This document shows positions 60,831 through 64,000 of a stretch of 64,000 nt of DNA, in pieces. The DNA is from an uncultured Bacillota bacterium (GTDB taxonomy: Bacteria > Bacillota > DTU025 > MWDF01), in the NCBI GenBank assembly GCA_963823655.1, contig CAWGMK010000007.1:32001-96000 (forward strand), read 5' to 3'. Numbering within the stretch: position 1 is the stretch's first letter; each line of letters begins with the position of its first letter. The notes under the pieces are model-generated. The model ran no database searches. It was not told the DNA's origin and was given only the letters and a program-made list of their open reading frames with translations. Made by a program: the position numbers and the translations under genes.

Positions 60831-61323
60831 CTACTTGCCTGACATGCCCCTTGCCTTTTCTATCGCTTCTGTCTCCTCGGGGCTAATCAGGTACTTGGAG
60901 GAACCGTTTTCCACAGGCTTTGCATAAACTCTTGTCTCTGCGTGGCCATATATTCCAGTAAGTGCTATTCCGCTCGCCTTATCATCCAAAATGGCCATTG
61001 AGAAGCTCTGCTCTCCGCCCACGCCTTCGAATGCGTTATACCGCACCACGCCTACGTTCTGGAGATGAGTTGCGGATTTCAGCTTCGATCTTGGCGCTTC
61101 TTTCCTCCAGGGATGCGGTCCTTTTCTCCAGCTCCTTGGATGCTTTGAGATATGCCAGGAGCGCCTGTTCCACATTCTGCGAAGAGACTCCGGCTATTAG
61201 GTCCGTATACTGCTTCCTCAGTTTTCTGAGGCCGATCAGCAGGCTTATTAGCAGCGCGGCCAGGACTGCCAGGACCAATGAGAATATGCCCGGCACCAAG
61301 TAGTCTCGAATCTCGAATTCCAT
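60831..61323 (-). CDS. DUF4446 family protein, frameshifted near 61065
   Basis: N-terminal TM + coiled coil in 61036..61323; VGVVRYNAF..VGG..SFS.A.LD..G..YAKPV..G.S.Y..SPEE in the other frame. Confidence 0.85.
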
Positions 61324-61344
61324 ATAAGGGCTACCGCCTTTCAA

Positions 61345-62199
61345 TCACTGTTCGAGCCCCACCGTGCGCTCGATTATCCTGTCCAGGTCCTCGGGGCTGA
61401 AATAATGGATTTCTATTTTGCCTGCAGCTGCGCTGCCCACTATCCTGACTTTCGTTCCAAGCTCCTGCCTGAACCGGTCCTCAACTTTTACAATGTCGGC
61501 GTCCCTCTGCTTTTGGACCTTTCTGCTCCTGTTCACGCTTCCGAGCCGAGCGACGGCCTCTTCCAGCTGCCTTACAGAAAGCTTCCTTCTTACTGCTTCC
61601 TTGGCCAACCTCGATTGGCCTTCGGTCGATCTTATTCCGAGAAGCGCCCTTGCGTGCCCTTCGCTCAATGTTTCACGTGAAACAAGTTCCAGGACGTCTG
61701 ACGGAAGCTTGTTCAGCCTTAAAGTGTTCGCCACTGCCGAACGGCTTTTCCCCACAAGATCGGACACGTTCTCCTGTGTAAGGGCGAACTCGTCTATCAG
61801 CCTCTTATATGCCGAGGCTTCCTCGACAGGGTTTAGGTCCTGCCTTTGCACGTTCTCGATGACGGCTATTTGCATCATCTCTGACTCGCCGGCCTCTTTT
61901 ATAATCGCGGGTATCTCCTTAAGCCCTGCAATGCGGGATGCGCGCAGCCTTCTTTCGCCGGCGATGACGTGGTATCTCGTGCCTGAGCGCCTGACTATTA
62001 TCGGCTGTATTACGCCATGCTCCTTGATGGAAGCGGCAAGCTCTTCCAGTTTGCCTTCGTCGAAATCGCGACGCGGCTGATAGGGGTTAGAGTCGATCAT
62101 TGTGAGGTCGATCTCGGAAACCCCTGCGCCCTCCAATAGGTTGTCGCTGAGCAAAGCTTCCAATCCTTTGCCCAATCCTCTTTTGTTGGCGGAAGTCAC
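61345..62199 (-). CDS. parB: Chromosome partitioning protein ParB/Spo0J
   Basis: GLGKGLEAL, NPYQPRR.F, IAGERRLRA, ENVQRQDLNPVEEA, GKSRSAVAN.LRL. Confidence 0.96.
   Translation of the reverse strand: MTSANKRGLGKGLEALLSDNLLEGAGVSEIDLTMIDSNPYQPRRDFDEGKLEELAASIKEHGVIQPIIVRRSGTRYHVIAGERRLRASRIAGLKEIPAIIKEAGESEMMQIAVIENVQRQDLNPVEEASAYKRLIDEFALTQENVSDLVGKSRSAVANTLRLNKLPSDVLELVSRETLSEGHARALLGIRSTEGQSRLAKEAVRRKLSVRQLEEAVARLGSVNRSRKVQKQRDADIVKVEDRFRQELGTKVRIVGSAAAGKIEIHYFSPEDLDRIIERTVGLEQ
61669..61684. promoter_or_regulatory. parS site inside parB
   Basis: Perfect palindrome TGTTTCACGTGAAACA. Confidence 0.93.
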
Positions 62200-62981
62200 C
62201 TGTTATCACCTCGCCTAATGATTTCCCTTGTAAGGGACATATATGATTCTGCGCCCTTCGACCTGGCATCGTAAAGGCAAATCGGTACGCCGTAGCTCGG
62301 CGCCTCGCTCAGCCTTACATTCCTCGGAATTACGGTATCGAATACCTTGTCGCCGAAGTAACTTTTCACTTCTGTTTCCACTTGTTGCGTAAGATTGAGC
62401 CGGGGGTCGTACATCGTAAGGATCACCCCGAATATGGAAAGGGAGGGGTTAATATGCCGCTTCACTAGATTTATCGAATTGATGAGCTGGCTTAGGCCCT
62501 CCAGAGCGTAATACTCGCACTGCATGGGCACGATTATTCCGTCTGACGCGGCAAAGGAGTTAACCGTGAGCAGCCCTAAAGACGGGGGACAGTCAATGAA
62601 TATGTAATCGTAGATTTCCCTTGCCTTCTGGAGGCCGTCTTTCAGCCTCTGTTCCCTTGCCATCTCGTTGACAAGCTCAAGCTCGGCTCCCACTAGGGAC
62701 ATGTTGGAGGGAAGAAGGTCAAGGCCCGATATCTTGGTATGGATAATTGCCTGCATTGCGGGCTTGCCTGCTGTAAGCACATCATAGACGCTTTCTTTAA
62801 GCCCCTGTTTGCCTACGCCCAGCCCGCTTGTGGCATTGCCCTGTGGGTCCATGTCCACAAGCAGCACAGATTTGTTGTAATTGGCTGCATAGGCAGCCAC
62901 ATTGACGGCGGTCGTAGTCTTGCCGGTGCCGCCTTTTTGGTTGGCAAATGCCAGTACCGTCGACAAATAGCCACTCTCCAT
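62196..62981 (-). CDS. parA: Chromosome partitioning ATPase Soj/ParA
   Basis: NQKGGTGKTTT, DMDPQGNATSG, DCPPSLGLLT, IPRNVRLSEAPS. Confidence 0.96.
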   Translation of the reverse strand: MESGYLSTVLAFANQKGGTGKTTTAVNVAAYAANYNKSVLLVDMDPQGNATSGLGVGKQGLKESVYDVLTAGKPAMQAIIHTKISGLDLLPSNMSLVGAELELVNEMAREQRLKDGLQKAREIYDYIFIDCPPSLGLLTVNSFAASDGIIVPMQCEYYALEGLSQLINSINLVKRHINPSLSIFGVILTMYDPRLNLTQQVETEVKSYFGDKVFDTVIPRNVRLSEAPSYGVPICLYDARSKGAESYMSLTREIIRRGDNR

Positions 62982-63016
62982 TCAGATGGGAAGTTCTCTG
63001 ACATCCTTATTCTATC

Positions 63017-63754
63017 CTATTCCTGCATCCTTGTAATCGGACGCCTCTGAGGTTCGCCCGTTCTTCTTGGAAACCGCCCGGGAGTGGGGGAGAGCTTGGT
63101 CGCGTAAACCAGGCTTCTTTCGCCTTGTCCCTGGGGAAGCGAGACCTTGTTTATTCCGGTTAATTTCGCCCCCATAGAGAACAGCGCGGCCTTGCCGTCG
63201 TCCATCTCCTCTTCAGCTTGAGGCCCTTTCATCGCAATGAATATGCCGCCTTTCCTTAAGAAGGGGACACAGTACTCTGCCGCTGTGGATATCGAAGCGA
63301 CGCCCCTTACGACCGATAATCCGTACTTCTCCCTGTGCTCAGGAAGATGGGCGAGCTCTTCAGCCCTTCCGGTTATCGCTTTGACGTTTCTCAGCCCTAG
63401 CATCAAGGCGGCATTCTGCACGAACTTGACTTTCTTGCCGACGGAGTCAAGCAGGGTCGCCTTGGTTTCGGGCATCAATATCGCCATTACAAGCCCCGGG
63501 AAACCCGCGCCGGTACCGACATCGATGAAGCTTCCGCAGTCTTTCACTCCCGGCACCCTGAACAGGGTGAGGGAGTCGGCCATATGTTTTATGGCTATGC
63601 CTGTTTCATCCTTGATTCCCGTCAGGTTGAATTTCTCGTTTTCGGCCACAAGGTAATTTTTCAGCTTCTCCATCTGTTCCGCCTGCTGAACCGAAAGGGG
63701 AACTCCTATTTCCTCTGCCGAATCCACCAGGATCTTCATGAAGCTACTTTCCAT
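63017..63754 (-). CDS. rsmG: 16S rRNA m7G527 methyltransferase
   Basis: NLTGI, KH..DSL, DVGTGAGFPG, LLDS..KK, GRAEE. Confidence 0.95.
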   Translation of the reverse strand: MESSFMKILVDSAEEIGVPLSVQQAEQMEKLKNYLVAENEKFNLTGIKDETGIAIKHMADSLTLFRVPGVKDCGSFIDVGTGAGFPGLVMAILMPETKATLLDSVGKKVKFVQNAALMLGLRNVKAITGRAEELAHLPEHREKYGLSVVRGVASISTAAEYCVPFLRKGGIFIAMKGPQAEEEMDDGKAALFSMGAKLTGINKVSLPQGQGERSLVYATKLSPTPGRFPRRTGEPQRRPITRMQE

Positions 63755-64000
63755 CGGCTTTGCCCTCCTGCCTCAGGTGAATGATCATTGCGGCCATGTC
63801 GGCCGGTGAGATTCCGGGTATCCTTGAGGCTTCCCCGATGCTGCCGGGCCTTCTGTCGGCCAGCTTCTCCTTCGCCTCGGTGGAGAGCCTGTGCATTGAT
63901 GAATAATCTACATCCTTTGGAATCTCCTGTTCCTCCATCTTCCTGAAGGATGCGGCCATGCGCCTTTCCTTCTCTATGTATCCTCCATAAACGCCGTCAA
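63744..64000 (-). CDS. mnmG: tRNA modification enzyme MnmG/GidA, 3' end
   Basis: YGGYIEK..., IP.DVDY, LSTEAKEKL...RP.SIGEASRIPGISPAD; upstream of rsmG. Confidence 0.92.
   Translation of the reverse strand, partial: DGVYGGYIEKERRMAASFRKMEEQEIPKDVDYSSMHRLSTEAKEKLADRRPGSIGEASRIPGISPADMAAMIIHLRQEGKADGK

Noticed and set aside
1-64000. CRISPR array, tRNA/rRNA, transposase, integrase or prophage
   Set aside because: No regularly spaced repeats, RNA gene signatures or recombinase/transposase motifs were seen by eye.

Overview
Origin-proximal chromosomal window of an anaerobic Bacillota (Firmicutes)-like bacterium, with most genes on the minus strand. It holds the conserved oriC-flanking block (mnmG-rsmG-soj/parA-parB with two parS sites, ychF, rpsF-ssb-rpsR-DUF2232-rplI-lonC-dnaB). 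A his operon has an apparent HisD-HisC fusion, a HisR (YerC/TrpR-like) operator and a nearby hisR gene. A pur operon has a PurF-PurM fusion and sits under a ykkC-type PRPP riboswitch. Also present: a toxin-antitoxin-rich islet, a liv ABC transporter, an extended arsenic-resistance-type operon, and an uncharacterised Ntn-hydrolase/DUF6305/DctM-like/deacylase operon. The most striking signal is two ORF pairs that the ORF track splits at a single in-frame TGA, each followed by a small GGU-loop hairpin. They read as an exported 11-heme cytochrome c (GEG-U-AGP) paired with an exported rhodanese, and an exported beta-propeller protein with a C-D-F-U (CxxU) motif; both are candidate selenoproteins. 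Many housekeeping genes carry single-base frameshifts, most likely long-read or assembly indel errors, so fusion and pseudogene calls need read-level checks. All family assignments are from motif recognition, not database searches.
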